A stretch of 64,000 nt of DNA from Pirellulales bacterium (GTDB lineage Bacteria > Planctomycetota > Planctomycetia > Pirellulales > UBA1268), in the NCBI GenBank assembly GCA_044369655.1, contig JBILWX010000006.1, forward strand, positions 2,102 to 66,101, written 5' to 3'. How positions within the stretch are numbered: position 1 is the stretch's first letter; the number at the start of each line of letters is the position of its first letter. Below the pieces are notes generated by a model that made no database searches, was not told the origin of the DNA, and saw only the letters and a list, made by a program, of their open reading frames with translations. This document shows positions 9,240 through 19,378 of this stretch, one piece after another. A program made the translations under genes and the position numbers.

Positions 9240-11093
9240 TCACAAGCGTGCTGACTCAGCCGGAAGTAAGACCCCCCCGAAATCCATGCGGATCACGCGG
9301 TCGCAGTAGGCAGTAGTCGAGAGTCGGTGTGCGATCAGGATGATTGTCAGGTCGCGTGACAGTCCATCAAGCGTGTCCATGAGGACCTTTTCCGTATGGT
9401 CGTCGAGGGCGCTCGTCGCTTCGTCGAAGACGAGAACGGGTGCCTGCTTGTAGAGGGCCCTGGCGATGCCGATCCGTTGTCGCTGGCCGCCGGAGAGCCG
9501 TACGCCGCGTTCGCCCACCGTCGTCGCGTAGCCCTGTGGAAGCGACCCGATGAAGTCGGCGATCTGCGCCTGCCGGGCTGCGGCCTCGAGCCTGGTCTGA
9601 TCCACCTCGGCCGCCGGGACGGCCAGCGCGATGTTCTCAGCGATCGACGTGTCCGCCAGGAAAATGCTTTGCGGCACGTGCGCGATGTTCGCCTGCCACG
9701 CTTCGGGGGCGACCTCGCGGCCGTCGATCAGCATCCGCCCGCTCGTTGGCATCAAAAGCCCCAGGAGGATATCGGAGAGCGTGCTCTTGCCACTTCCAGT
9801 CGGGCCCACGAGGGCAACACGTTCGCCGCGGCGGATCTTGAGCGACACATCACGAAGCACGGGCGGCAGGTCGGGCTGGTAGCGAAACGACACATTGTCG
9901 AGCGAGATGAACTCCGTGAACGGCGCCGCGGTTGCCCGCGGCCGGTCGCAGTCGGGGGCCTCCTGGTCCAGCAGATCGAGCACGGTCTCGAGGCCGGCTG
10001 TGTAGTTATGCATCTGAGCGACCGACATGTAGGTCTGCTGCAACGCGGGCAGCAGTCGCTGGGCCCCAAGGGCTAGGGCTCCAAGCACAGGAATCGCCAC
10101 CGCGAGGCCTCCCTGACGCGTCACGAGCACGTAGGCGAGGGCTGCCACGGCCGCCATGCCTGCGGCCTCTATCACAAACCGTGGAAAGCTGGCGAGCAAT
10201 TCCGCCCTCGCCCTCAGTTGGCGGATCGACCAGTCAGCGCCGCGGTAGCGGGCGAGATAGTAAGGCTGCGAGCGGTCGAGGAGAACGTCGCGGATGGCGC
10301 CCAGTCCCTCGTGGACGTTCTGCGCGAGGGCTTTACTGCTCGCGGCCTGTCGGCGGCTGTTGACGGCCAGCGACGTCTTCGTGGCCGCTGAGATCGCGAG
10401 ATAGGCGGTGCCGAACGTGAGCACGGTAAGAAACGCTACTCGTGGATCGATGATGACGAGGCCGATGGCGATCGCCACGATCACCACGACGTTCACCGCC
10501 ACCAGTAGCAGCGGGTTAAGCACGCCGTAAATCAGGCCATCGACGTGCGAAAGCATCGCCGTCGTGATCGTGGCCGAGTTGCGAGCCAAGTGGACGGCGT
10601 AGGGCTGGTAGAGGGTGCGACGGTAGGCCTCCTGCGAGAGATCGCTGCCGATGCCTGCGGCCACACGGCCAGAGAGCCAAAGATTCACGAGGCGAATACC
10701 GCCCGCGGCAATTGCGGAGAGGCCGAAGATGAGCGTGACTGGAAGGAGCAACTGAACTGGCTCGGTGAGACCGCCGGACTTCGAAACTGATTGAATCCAT
10801 GGGTGCCGCCATAGCCGCTCCGGGTCGGCAAGCACCGTGAGAAATGGCACGACGGCGGCGAGGCTCACGATCTCCGCGAGCCCGCTCGCCAGCATCGAGG
10901 CAAAGACAGCCACGAGTTGATATCGCCGTTTTCCCGGTAGATGGGTCCACAGCCGCCCGAGCATGGAAAACAGCGACGGGCTCGTCGAGTCAGCGGCTTC
11001 CGACCCGTGGGCGGCCGATTCATCGGCGCGCACTCCGTTCTTCTGGGTGGCATCCGCCGAGGCAGAAGCCATGCTCGTGGCGGTCATTTCCAT
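9240..11093 (-). CDS. ABC transporter, fused permease/ATPase (MsbA-like exporter)
   Basis: It has six predicted N-terminal TM helices, Walker A GPTGSGKST, signature LSGGQRQRIGIARAL, and Walker B VLVFDEATSALD. Confidence 0.9.
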   Translation of the reverse strand: MEMTATSMASASADATQKNGVRADESAAHGSEAADSTSPSLFSMLGRLWTHLPGKRRYQLVAVFASMLASGLAEIVSLAAVVPFLTVLADPERLWRHPWIQSVSKSGGLTEPVQLLLPVTLIFGLSAIAAGGIRLVNLWLSGRVAAGIGSDLSQEAYRRTLYQPYAVHLARNSATITTAMLSHVDGLIYGVLNPLLLVAVNVVVIVAIAIGLVIIDPRVAFLTVLTFGTAYLAISAATKTSLAVNSRRQAASSKALAQNVHEGLGAIRDVLLDRSQPYYLARYRGADWSIRQLRARAELLASFPRFVIEAAGMAAVAALAYVLVTRQGGLAVAIPVLGALALGAQRLLPALQQTYMSVAQMHNYTAGLETVLDLLDQEAPDCDRPRATAAPFTEFISLDNVSFRYQPDLPPVLRDVSLKIRRGERVALVGPTGSGKSTLSDILLGLLMPTSGRMLIDGREVAPEAWQANIAHVPQSIFLADTSIAENIALAVPAAEVDQTRLEAAARQAQIADFIGSLPQGYATTVGERGVRLSGGQRQRIGIARALYKQAPVLVFDEATSALDDHTEKVLMDTLDGLSRDLTIILIAHRLSTTAYCDRVIRMDFGGVLLPAESARL

Positions 11094-11220
11094 CTGGTTT
11101 TCCTGAGCCCGCCCTCAGTATCGCAGGAATGCAGTATGCGTGCATCTGGTGGGAAAATCCACCGGGAGGCGGGCATGTCGGCGATGGCAGACGGGCGAGT
11201 GAAAGGGCGCTTTCGGGGCC

Positions 11221-11248
11221 GGAGTCCCGTCGCTTCCGCTCCGGGCTT
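11221..11248 (+). repeat. Interspersed REP-like repeat, copy 1 (GGAGTCCCGTCGCTTCCGCTCCGGGCTT)
   Basis: This is an exact 28-nt copy of 12050-12077. It lies about 25 nt downstream of the HEPN stop on the minus strand. Confidence 0.8.
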
Positions 11249-11273
11249 CTCAGGGGCATGTCTCGCGGCTCAC

Positions 11274-11669
11274 TCAGGAGGCGAGCAGTGCTCGCAGCAT
11301 GCTCACGACCTGCTCGGCATCTGCGACAGCCGCCGTGGCGTCGCCCTTTGTCGTCGGGGCCGTGTCCCCATAGTCTGACTGCAGCCGGGAGCGGTAGAGG
11401 CCGCGCATCAATGACGAGCACTCTGGCGGCAGACGACCGGATTTTACCAGCGTGGTGTCGATGGCGGCCATCAGCCCGGTATGCTTGCGGAAAGCTTCGC
11501 CTTCAGCCAGGAAGACTGCGGTCGCGGCATGAAAACAGGCATAGTAGGCCCGTGATCGCACGAGCCGGTAGAAGCCGCCATTCAAGGCGAATTGGGATTC
11601 CGCCAGGCACTCGTCCGCAAGAGCCAGTTCGGCAGTCACAGCGGCTTGTTTCGCTTCCTCGCCCGTCAT
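11274..11669 (-). CDS. HEPN domain protein (toxin partner of the MNT)
   Basis: MTGEEAKQAAVTAELALADECLAESQFALNGGFYRLVRSRAYYACFHAATAVFLAEGEAFRKHTG...LYRSRLQSDYGD has the HEPN (PF05168-type) pattern. The ATGA overlap with the upstream MNT stop fixes the start at 11669. Confidence 0.75.
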   Translation of the reverse strand: MTGEEAKQAAVTAELALADECLAESQFALNGGFYRLVRSRAYYACFHAATAVFLAEGEAFRKHTGLMAAIDTTLVKSGRLPPECSSLMRGLYRSRLQSDYGDTAPTTKGDATAAVADAEQVVSMLRALLAS

Positions 11670-12025
11670 CGTGAATACACCTCGACACCGTCGGTATCGA
11701 TCTGGAGGCGGAGCGGCGTTGCCTGGTCGATGCCGTGCCACCAATCCTCGTGAGACCGAATGACCAGCTGCACGGCACGACCATGCTGGATTCCCGCCCG
11801 CCACGCAGCTTCCTGCATCGTGTTTGCATCGGCGGTGGTGACCGCCCCGCTTGTGATGACGAGCAGGTCGAGGTCGCTCTCGGGATCGTCGTCGCCGCGG
11901 GCCTTCGAGCCAAAGAGGATGATCCGCTCCACAGGCCAGCGATCACGAATGGACGCAATCGTGGCCGCGAGCGCGGCGCGATCAGTGTCGGCGAGCCGAA
12001 GGGGTGGCGACGCGTGTGCTCCCAT
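11666..12025 (-). CDS. Minimal nucleotidyltransferase (MNT, antitoxin-type)
   Basis: ILFGSKARGDDDPESDLDLLVI matches the GSxxRGx(n)SDxDL polymerase-beta NTase motif. The product is 119 aa. Confidence 0.85.
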   Translation of the reverse strand: MGAHASPPLRLADTDRAALAATIASIRDRWPVERIILFGSKARGDDDPESDLDLLVITSGAVTTADANTMQEAAWRAGIQHGRAVQLVIRSHEDWWHGIDQATPLRLQIDTDGVEVYSR

Positions 12026-12049
12026 AATGGTTCATCATACCGCCGCTCA

Positions 12050-12077
12050 GGAGTCCCGTCGCTTCCGCTCCGGGCTT
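12050..12077 (+). repeat. Interspersed REP-like repeat, copy 2
   Basis: It is identical to 11221-11248 and fills the gap between the stop at 12078 and the MNT start. Confidence 0.8.
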
Positions 12078-12323
12078 TTATTGAGGCGGTCTGGACTGGT
12101 ATTCGAAAATGTAAGGTCGGTCGGGATAGCTTCGCTGCAGGGCCGCCGAGAGTTCGCCCGCCTCCTCCGCCGTTACCGGCCCTGTGCGGCGGTAGAGAAA
12201 TGCCTTCGCTCCGCCGTCGAGCGTGTACTCGCCTTCCAGCCTCTCGAACGCCGCCCCGATCCCCACGCCTTCGCCCAGTTGCCGGGCCGGTTCGACGATC
12301 GCCTGCTGGTCTTCCGCCGCCAT
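12078..12323 (-). CDS. Hypothetical small protein (81 aa)
   Basis: MAAEDQQAIVEPARQLGEGVGIGAAFERLEGEYTLDGGAKAFLYRRTG...YIFEYQSRPPQ. The N-terminal 68 codons of the track ORF (to 12527) run through REP-like repeats and were trimmed. I recognised no family. Confidence 0.35.
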   Translation of the reverse strand: MAAEDQQAIVEPARQLGEGVGIGAAFERLEGEYTLDGGAKAFLYRRTGPVTAEEAGELSAALQRSYPDRPYIFEYQSRPPQ

Positions 12324-12383
12324 TGGAATCTGCGGCGGATCGGTCGTCACCACGATGTCGGCCTCGGCACCAAGCCGTCGGCC

Positions 12384-12417
12384 GGAGTCCCTCGCTCGCG
12401 CTTCGGGCTTGCATGGG
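12384..12417 (+). repeat. REP-like repeat variant (GGAGTCCCTCGCTCGCGCTTCGGGCTTGCATGGG)
   Basis: It belongs to the same family as copies 1 and 2. It forms an inverted pair with 12484-12508 around short direct repeats (ATCGGGAATCGA x2, AACCAACCGG x2). Confidence 0.65.
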
Positions 12418-12483
12418 AACCAACCGGGATCGGGAATCGATGGGCATCGGGAATCGACCGGCATTGGTAACCAACCGGCATCC

Positions 12484-12508
12484 AAGCCCGCAGCGCAAGC
12501 AAGGGAAT
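12484..12508 (-). repeat. REP-like repeat variant, inverted and diverged
   Basis: The reverse complement ATTCCCTTGCTTGCGCTGCGGGCTT aligns with the family consensus. Confidence 0.55.
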
Positions 12509-12601
12509 GCGGTGAGCCGCTTGCCATCGGAAAGCTCCGCTGGCTCGTGGTAAGATTTCCAGATCCTTCAATCAGGCCGGGCCCACAGGAACATGGTCCA
12601 T

Positions 12602-13381
12602 ATGGAAGTCGTCATTCTCTGCGGTGGTCAGGGTGCGCGGATGCGCGAGGAGACGGAGTATCGCCCCAAGCCGATGGTCGAGGTCGGCAGCCGCCCGCTC
12701 CTCTGGCACATCATGCGGCTCTTTGGTCACCACGGGCTCAACCGGTTCGTGCTCTGCCTCGGATACAAGGGGAGCATGATCAAGGATTACTTCCTCAACT
12801 ACGAGGCGATGACGCAGGACTGCACCGTGGCCGTCGGGGGGCGGCGTCAGGTCTGGTATCACGGCAATCAGGAGCCGTTTGATTTCGAGGTCACCCTCTC
12901 CGATACCGGTGTCGAGACGAATACCGGCGGCCGCGTGAAACACGTCGAGCCTTACGTCAAGGGAGACACGTTCCTGGTCACCTACGGCGACGGCCTCGCA
13001 GATGTCGACATCGACAAACTCATTGCGTTTCACCGGTCGCACGGCAAACTGGCGACGGTGACGACCGTGCAACCCGTTTCTCGGTTCGGCATGACGATGC
13101 TCGACGCGCACTCGCGGGTGACGAGCTTCTCCGAGAAGCCGAAGGTGGAAGGCTGGGTGAGCGCGGGATTCTTCGTGTTCGATCGCCGCATCTTCGACTA
13201 TCTCGACGGCGGCGAGTCGCTGATCCTTGAGAAGGAGCCGCTCGAACGGCTGGCAGCCGAGGGCCAGCTGATGGCCTACCAACACGCCGGCTTTTTCTTC
13301 GCCGTCGACACCTACCGCGATTACTTGCAGGTGAATGAAATCTGGCGCGAGGGCCGGGCGCCTTGGAAGGTGTGGGGATGA
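12602..13381 (+). CDS. rfbF: Glucose-1-phosphate cytidylyltransferase
   Basis: MEVVILCGGQGARMREETEYRPKPMVEVGSRPLLWHIMRLFGHHGLNRFVLCLGYKG is the characteristic RfbF/DdhA N-terminus. Confidence 0.9.
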   Translation: MEVVILCGGQGARMREETEYRPKPMVEVGSRPLLWHIMRLFGHHGLNRFVLCLGYKGSMIKDYFLNYEAMTQDCTVAVGGRRQVWYHGNQEPFDFEVTLSDTGVETNTGGRVKHVEPYVKGDTFLVTYGDGLADVDIDKLIAFHRSHGKLATVTTVQPVSRFGMTMLDAHSRVTSFSEKPKVEGWVSAGFFVFDRRIFDYLDGGESLILEKEPLERLAAEGQLMAYQHAGFFFAVDTYRDYLQVNEIWREGRAPWKVWG

Positions 13382-14505
13382 ACGTCGCGGACAGCCTGCA
13401 GAGCCTGCGTGGCAAGAAGGTCTTTGTCACCGGACACACCGGCTTCAAGGGCTCTTGGCTGCTCTTGCTCCTCGACCGGCTCGGCGCCACTGTCACCGGC
13501 TACTCCCTCGCGGCGCCGACCAGGCCGTCGCTCTTCGAGGCGGCGGGGCTCGTGGATCTGGTGGCAACGCACCACGAGGCCGACATCCGCGACGCGGCCC
13601 GCCTGGCCGCCGCCGTGCGGGCGGCGGATCCCGACGTGGTGCTGCACCTCGCCGCACAGCCGCTCGTGCGGCTCTCCCATCGCGAGCCGCTCGACACGTT
13701 TTCGACCAACGTGGTCGGCACAGCGGCGCTCCTCGATGCCGTGCGCCAGCGAGGCAAGCCCTGCGTGCTGATTTCAGTCACGAGCGACAAGTGCTACGAG
13801 CCCCATCCCGACGGCCGGCCGCACGACGAGGGTGACCGGCTGGGCGGCCACGATCCCTACAGTGCGAGCAAGGGGGCGGCTGAACTGGTGGCGGCGGCCT
13901 ATCGCCAGAGCTTCTTTCCGTCGGCCCGGCTCGGTGAGCATGGCGTGCAGGTGGCGACCGTCCGGGCCGGCAACGTCATCGGCGGTGGCGATTGGGCGGA
14001 GGATCGGATCATCACCGACATCGTGCGGCATCTCTCGGCCGGCGACCCGGTGCCCGTGCGGAATCCCGTGGCCGTGCGGCCCTGGCAGCACGTGCTCGAA
14101 CCGCTCGCCGGGTATCTCACGCTCGCCGCCGCGATGCTCGCTGAGCCGGCTGCGAAGTGGTGCACCGGCTGGAATTTCGGGCCCGCTGCCGACGACGACA
14201 TCACCGTGCAACAGCTCACCGAGATCTTCATCGAGGCATGGGGCACGGGCCGCTGGGAAGACATCCACGACCCGCGGGCTCCGATCGAGACCCACGTACT
14301 CCGGCTCGCCATCGACAAATCGCTTGCCGGCCTGCCTTGGCGGCCGCGGCTCTCCTCGCGTGAGGCGATTCTGCGGACGGCGGCGTGGTTTCGGGGCTAC
14401 GGCGACAACGCGGCGGCTGCTCGTTCGCTCTGTCTGGCGGACATCGATGCCTATGATACGGCCGGACCGACAGGCCGCCTTGCCACGCCGGGGGTGCGTA
14501 CATGA
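13378..14505 (+). CDS. rfbG: CDP-glucose 4,6-dehydratase
   Basis: [35 protein letters not shown] and [10 protein letters not shown] (YxxxK). There is an ATGA overlap with rfbF. Confidence 0.9.
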   Translation: MNVADSLQSLRGKKVFVTGHTGFKGSWLLLLLDRLGATVTGYSLAAPTRPSLFEAAGLVDLVATHHEADIRDAARLAAAVRAADPDVVLHLAAQPLVRLSHREPLDTFSTNVVGTAALLDAVRQRGKPCVLISVTSDKCYEPHPDGRPHDEGDRLGGHDPYSASKGAAELVAAAYRQSFFPSARLGEHGVQVATVRAGNVIGGGDWAEDRIITDIVRHLSAGDPVPVRNPVAVRPWQHVLEPLAGYLTLAAAMLAEPAAKWCTGWNFGPAADDDITVQQLTEIFIEAWGTGRWEDIHDPRAPIETHVLRLAIDKSLAGLPWRPRLSSREAILRTAAWFRGYGDNAAAARSLCLADIDAYDTAGPTGRLATPGVRT

Positions 14506-15896
14506 ACGAGCAGCAGCGTGGCAAAGCTTCCGATGACCGCACGGCCAACGCCGTCCGCGATGAGATCCGCGCGCTCGTGGCGGAATACTGTCGGCTGGCG
14601 TTTCCTGACCGGCCCTTCCAGCCCGGACAGGCCGTGCCGGTGGCGGGGCGGGTGTTCGACGCCCGTGAAGTGGAACATCTCGTCGACAGCTCTCTCGATT
14701 TCTGGCTGACGACGGGCCGGTATGCGGAGGAGTTTGAAAAGCGGTTTGCGGCCCGCGTGGGCACGCGGTGTGCGAGCCTCGTGAACTCCGGTTCGAGCGC
14801 CAACCTCGTCGCCCTCACGGCGCTCACGTCCCACAAGCTGCTCGCCGAACAACTCGCACCGGGCGACGAGGTGATCACGGTGGCTGCGGGCTTTCCCACC
14901 ACGGTCAATCCGATCCTGCAGAACAACCTCGTGCCGGTGTTCGTGGACGTGGAGCATCCCGAGAAGCGGGCCACCTACAACATCGACGTCGATCGCCTGG
15001 AGGCGGCCCGCAGCGACAAGACACGCGCGGTGATGCTCGCCCATACCCTCGGCAATCCGTTCGACTGCGTCGCGGTGGCAGACTTCTGCAAGCGTCACGA
15101 CCTTTGGCTCGTGGAAGACTGTTGCGACGCGCTGGGGGCGGAGTTTGGCGGGAGGCACGTCGGCCAGTTCGGTGACCTGGCGACCTGCAGCTTCTATCCG
15201 GCCCATCACATGACCATGGGCGAGGGAGGAATCGTGTTCACCGATTCGCCGAAGCTCGAGAAGCTGGTGGAGAGCTTCCGCGACTGGGGCCGCGACTGCT
15301 GGTGCGAGCCCGGCCACGACGACACCTGCGGCAAGCGGTTTGACTGGCAGCTGGGCGACTTACCGCATGGCTACGACCACAAATACATCTACTCCCACAT
15401 CGGCTACAACCTGAAGCTCACCGACATGCAGGCTGCCGTGGGGGTGGCGCAGCTCGACAAGCTCGACGGTTTCATAGCGGCCCGACGGAAGAATTACTCC
15501 CGGCTATGGGCCGCCCTCGAGCCGTTGCAGGATGTCTTCGTGCTGCCCGAGCCCACGCCCGGGTCGAACCCCAGCTGGTTCGGATTCCCGCTCTCCGTTC
15601 GCCCCACGGCAGCGTTTACGCGGCGCGATCTGGTCCGGCACCTCGACGAGAAGAAGATCGGCACGCGTCAACTCTTTGGCGGCAACCTGCTGCGGCAGCC
15701 GGCCTACCACGGCAAGCCGCAGCGGGTGGCGGGTGCACTGACCGGTGCCGACTACATCATGCGGCACACGCTCTGGCTCGGCGTCTATCCGGGCCTCAGC
15801 GACGCCCACGTCGATCATGTCGTCGCGACTGTTTCCGATTTCGTGCGGGATTCTCGAGGAGAGAATCTTCCTCTGCCGCAGCGCCTGCGCCCATGA
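14502..15896 (+). CDS. rfbH: CDP-4-keto-6-deoxy-D-glucose 3-dehydrase (E1, RfbH/DdhC; DegT/DnrJ/EryC1 family)
   Basis: [65 protein letters not shown]. The 464-aa length and sequence are typical of RfbH. There is an ATGA overlap with rfbG. Confidence 0.9.
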   Translation: MNEQQRGKASDDRTANAVRDEIRALVAEYCRLAFPDRPFQPGQAVPVAGRVFDAREVEHLVDSSLDFWLTTGRYAEEFEKRFAARVGTRCASLVNSGSSANLVALTALTSHKLLAEQLAPGDEVITVAAGFPTTVNPILQNNLVPVFVDVEHPEKRATYNIDVDRLEAARSDKTRAVMLAHTLGNPFDCVAVADFCKRHDLWLVEDCCDALGAEFGGRHVGQFGDLATCSFYPAHHMTMGEGGIVFTDSPKLEKLVESFRDWGRDCWCEPGHDDTCGKRFDWQLGDLPHGYDHKYIYSHIGYNLKLTDMQAAVGVAQLDKLDGFIAARRKNYSRLWAALEPLQDVFVLPEPTPGSNPSWFGFPLSVRPTAAFTRRDLVRHLDEKKIGTRQLFGGNLLRQPAYHGKPQRVAGALTGADYIMRHTLWLGVYPGLSDAHVDHVVATVSDFVRDSRGENLPLPQRLRP

Positions 15897-18013
15897 GTTC
15901 AGCTATCCGCACCACCGTCGACGCGACCGCGAAGCAGTCGTCGCCCTCGCCCTGGTTCTGGGCCGGGTTGGCGTTCGTTGTGGCGGCGTTCGCGATGCTC
16001 GAACTCCGTGATCCCTATTTCTTCTGCCAGGACGACGCCCTTTCGCTCGAACTCCCCTTCACGCTGATGAACTGCCGGGGACTCTGGCAGGGCATCATGC
16101 CTGGATACAATCCGTACATCTTTCTCGGTTCACCGACGGCGACAATCGACGGGACGTATCCGCCGCTGTATCTGGCATACGGGATTGCGCGTCACCTGCT
16201 GGGCAATGAGTATGCGACGTTCGACGTGTTCGCGGCTCTCCACCTGCTCGCAGGCTATTGCCTGACCTTTCTCGTCGCGCGGCGGCTGGGAATCGGGTCG
16301 GTACTCGCGGCCCTGGCGAGCCTCACATTCGTGCTTTCCGGCCCCGTGCTCGTGATGGCGCGATGCTGGCATTCGTTTTCGGTGCTCGCCGCGTTTCTCC
16401 CGCTCTTCGTTCTCTTCGTGGATCACTTGCGCACCGGACCGGTGAGCTGGCGGTGGCCGGCCGCACTCGGCCTGGCCCTCGGGGCCTATTACCACGCGGG
16501 GTTTCCGCAGCTCTTCGTGCTGGGCTGCGGCCTGATGCTCGTCCATGCCGCAGCGTTGGCGGCCGTGGGCCTGATGCCGCCGCGGCGGCTCGTGTGGCTC
16601 GTGCCAGCCCTGGCATTCGGCGCGGCGATCTCCATTCCGGTTTTCTACCAGCAGTGGCAGATCTCGAAAGAGATCTCCGTCAGCCGCCCCGGCCGCGGCT
16701 CGGGCGCTGGGGGCAATTTGCTTTCGATGCTGCTGCCCTACCCGTTCGCTCAGGGGACGCTTCCCAACGACTGGGGAAACCTGAACCTGCAATGGAGCGG
16801 ACATCTCTATTATTTCGGCACGGTGCTTTTGGTGGCATTCCTCGCCGCCGTCGTGTCGCTCGGCTGGCGGTGCATCGCCCGCCGGCCTGAACGGGCCGAC
16901 AGGAGTGAATCGTCCGGGCTTCAGCTGGCTCTGATGGTTCCGGCGTTCCTCGCCTTCCTGCTGGCGCTCGGCAGGTGGGGTGGACTCTGGTGGCTGATGG
17001 ACCTGTTGCCCGTCGGACTGCGCAACAATCCCTTCCGTGCCCTGCCTTGGTTCGTGATTTTTGCCTGCCTGACGGGGGCGAGGTACCTCGAGGATTTCAT
17101 CACGTCGCGGCCAGCCGTCACCGGCCACGCCGGGGGGGGCCGCCGGTCGGGGTTCCTGACCGTGATCGGGGGCCTCGGTCTCGCGCTCGTCGCACTGCAT
17201 CTCTCCCACGTCGGCATCGCGTTCTACACCTACGGATTTCGGCCTTACCCTGCGCTGCCGTCGGCGCTTGCCAGGATTGTCGAGCCGGACGAACGAGGAC
17301 GGCAGCAGCGGATCACGTCGTTCGGATCGATGCGGTCGACCGATCCGTCGTATCCGCTGGCCCTTTTGCACAACCTGCCCTGTGAGTACGAGGTGCCGGC
17401 GCTCTTCGGCTACGACCCGCTCGTGCAGCGATTCGATCGCTACAACGCCTGCCTGACGCGGGTGCTCGAGCAGCCGCAGGCGGCCCTCGCGGCCTACGGC
17501 GTCCGGTGGCTGCTCGTGCATCGCACCGCCTGGGGCGGTTGGCAGAAGCAGACGTCAAACGCCTTCGAACGGCTCTTTGTCTTCGTTCAACTCCTCGACG
17601 CCCTGGACGACAACCCGCAGGTGACGCCGCCGGAGTTGGACAGCTATCTGAAAGTCTTCGAGATACCCGACCCGGCTCCACTGGCCTTCGACGCCGCCCG
17701 CCCCAAGGAACCGCTTCCGCTGCAGATGAGCGTGGCCGGGCTCGATATCGGGCTCGCTCCGCTGAATGAGCCGCGGAACATCGTGGCGAATTTCCTGAGG
17801 TATCCCGCCTTCGTGGCGACGGCAGATGGTAAGCCGGCAGAAGTCTCGGAAGACTCGTGGCAGCGGATCGTCGTCGCTGCGCCACCCGGCGCGAAGGAGA
17901 TTCGCATCCGCTATTCGCCGCCGCGTGCCGCGGGCATCACGCTGGCGGCCGTGTGTACCCTCCTGGGCGTCGCGGCCGCGCTGGCCTGCCAAAAGGGTCA
18001 AGGTGAGCTTTGA
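15893..18013 (+). CDS. Large polytopic membrane protein, putative GT-C/YfhO-like glycosyltransferase or polymerase
   Basis: The start at ATG 15893 has an ATGA overlap with rfbH. The track ORF start at 15506 lies inside rfbH. The product is about 706 aa, with more than 10 hydrophobic segments ([28 protein letters not shown]...) and a soluble C-terminal domain. Confidence 0.65.
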   Translation: MSSAIRTTVDATAKQSSPSPWFWAGLAFVVAAFAMLELRDPYFFCQDDALSLELPFTLMNCRGLWQGIMPGYNPYIFLGSPTATIDGTYPPLYLAYGIARHLLGNEYATFDVFAALHLLAGYCLTFLVARRLGIGSVLAALASLTFVLSGPVLVMARCWHSFSVLAAFLPLFVLFVDHLRTGPVSWRWPAALGLALGAYYHAGFPQLFVLGCGLMLVHAAALAAVGLMPPRRLVWLVPALAFGAAISIPVFYQQWQISKEISVSRPGRGSGAGGNLLSMLLPYPFAQGTLPNDWGNLNLQWSGHLYYFGTVLLVAFLAAVVSLGWRCIARRPERADRSESSGLQLALMVPAFLAFLLALGRWGGLWWLMDLLPVGLRNNPFRALPWFVIFACLTGARYLEDFITSRPAVTGHAGGGRRSGFLTVIGGLGLALVALHLSHVGIAFYTYGFRPYPALPSALARIVEPDERGRQQRITSFGSMRSTDPSYPLALLHNLPCEYEVPALFGYDPLVQRFDRYNACLTRVLEQPQAALAAYGVRWLLVHRTAWGGWQKQTSNAFERLFVFVQLLDALDDNPQVTPPELDSYLKVFEIPDPAPLAFDAARPKEPLPLQMSVAGLDIGLAPLNEPRNIVANFLRYPAFVATADGKPAEVSEDSWQRIVVAAPPGAKEIRIRYSPPRAAGITLAAVCTLLGVAAALACQKGQGEL

Positions 18014-18162
18014 AAAAGCAGATCTCATCCCACCCTGAAGTGTCAGCTTGACCGACCTGCGAAAAAAGGTAGTTTCAAGCGTATGGGGCATGATGTCCGC
18101 GGTGTTTGCCGTGGGTCTATCTCGGATCGCATCCGTAGTCGACAAGAATTCAGAGGTGCTCG

Positions 18163-19335
18163 ATGTCGCTCTCTCTTGAAGCTGCAGCCCTCAATGGTCT
18201 GCTCCCCGACGGCCTCAGTGACGCCGAAAAAAACAAGCGCGGCGACCTCGCCCGCCGCAAACCCTACGTGGCGGCGAAGCTCGCTGCGAACAAGGAACGG
18301 CAGGATAACGGGTTTCCCACGCCCGTCATCCGCCTCGCGGCGAACATGCTCTGCAACTTCCAGTGCGACCACTGCTGTGCCGAGCACTACATGGACCGGC
18401 ATCTGGTGAAGCTCACCTCCAAGCCGGAACAACGGCACCAGCTCGACCTTAACGACATCCGTGAACTGTCTCGGCAGGCAGACGAATACGGTCTCGCGCG
18501 GTTCGTGATGACCGGCGGCGAGCCGCTCGTGATGCGGGATCCCGGTTTCGAGGAGGTCGTGGCGGCGGTCGACCCGGACAAGCACTATGTGATCACCGAC
18601 ACGAACGGCTGGTTTCTGGATCACGAGAAGGCCAAGCATCTCAAATCGATCGGTGTCGAGAAGGTTCAGCTGAGCCTCGACAGCTACATCGAGGCGGAGC
18701 ACGACGACTTTCGCAACAAGCCCGGTTCCTACAAGCGGGTCATGCAGGCCATCGATGCATCGCTCGACGCCGGCTTGAACCTGATCCTTTCCACCTGCCT
18801 CGTGCATGCCCGGGTGCGGAGCGAGGAGTTCAGGAACCTGTGTGAGTTTTCCAAGCGTCGTGGCATCGGCCTCTACGTCACCTACGCGAAGCCCGTCGGG
18901 TCTTGCAAGGACCATCTGGAGTGGCTCATCACGAAGGACGACGCCGACTACCTCCGTGAACTCGAGAAGGAATACCCGGTGTTCACCCACATGACCCCGT
19001 CGTACGGCATGTTCCAAGGCTGCATCACCGTGAAGGGCATCATCACCGTGACTTCGACCGGCGAAATCGTGCCCTGTCCGTACATGGACATGTCGATCGG
19101 CAACTATCTCAAAGAGCCGCTCAAGGTGATCCTCGAGCGCGGCATGCGAAACAAGTGGCTCGGTCCTCACCGTCCCGATTGCCTCATCGGCGAAGATCGC
19201 GAGTTCATCAAGTTCCACAACGATATGGTTGGCGACAGGGTGCTTCTGCCCGTGCCCTACGGCGAGGGCTTTTCCGATGCCGACATTTTGCCGATGATCA
19301 CGGTAGATGAGCTGACGGGTGTCACCGCCGGCTGA
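18163..19335 (+). CDS. Radical SAM enzyme with C-terminal auxiliary-cluster (twitch/SPASM-like) region
   Basis: The CxxxCxxC motif is in NMLCNFQCDHCCAEHY. TGGEPL follows. C-terminal Cys residues occur in GCITVKG..GEIVPCPYMDMSIGN..RPDC. Confidence 0.85.
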   Translation: MSLSLEAAALNGLLPDGLSDAEKNKRGDLARRKPYVAAKLAANKERQDNGFPTPVIRLAANMLCNFQCDHCCAEHYMDRHLVKLTSKPEQRHQLDLNDIRELSRQADEYGLARFVMTGGEPLVMRDPGFEEVVAAVDPDKHYVITDTNGWFLDHEKAKHLKSIGVEKVQLSLDSYIEAEHDDFRNKPGSYKRVMQAIDASLDAGLNLILSTCLVHARVRSEEFRNLCEFSKRRGIGLYVTYAKPVGSCKDHLEWLITKDDADYLRELEKEYPVFTHMTPSYGMFQGCITVKGIITVTSTGEIVPCPYMDMSIGNYLKEPLKVILERGMRNKWLGPHRPDCLIGEDREFIKFHNDMVGDRVLLPVPYGEGFSDADILPMITVDELTGVTAG

Positions 19336-19378
19336 CCAGTGTGCCGCGGCGAATCGGGATCACTCCGGGTCATTACGC

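Noticed and set aside
11221-12077. Integron gene-cassette (attC) interpretation of the repeats flanking HEPN-MNT.
   Set aside because: The 28-nt repeats lack the imperfect-palindrome R''-L''/L'-R' organisation and the GTTRRRY core of attC. No intI gene is in the window. The same sequence family occurs at unrelated intergenic sites.
12324-12527. The N-terminal extension of ORF 12078-12527 (149 aa).
   Set aside because: The extension is composed of REP-like repeat sequence (translated ..KPEARARDSG.., ..LACAAGL..). The ORF was trimmed to the internal ATG at 12323, and even the short version is low confidence.
15506-15892. The upstream extension of the membrane-protein ORF (track start 15506), and similar extensions at 21282, 41796, 42173, 48984, 27292-29418 and 53320-54444.
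   Set aside because: The extensions lie inside the preceding well-supported genes in another frame and are Arg/Pro-rich. ATGA overlaps or conserved N-termini define the shorter starts.
18013-18163. A possible RiPP precursor peptide ORF upstream of the radical SAM gene.
   Set aside because: The only ORF (18083-18409) is in a different frame overlapping the radical SAM gene and is Arg/Ser-rich. The glycan context favours a sugar substrate.
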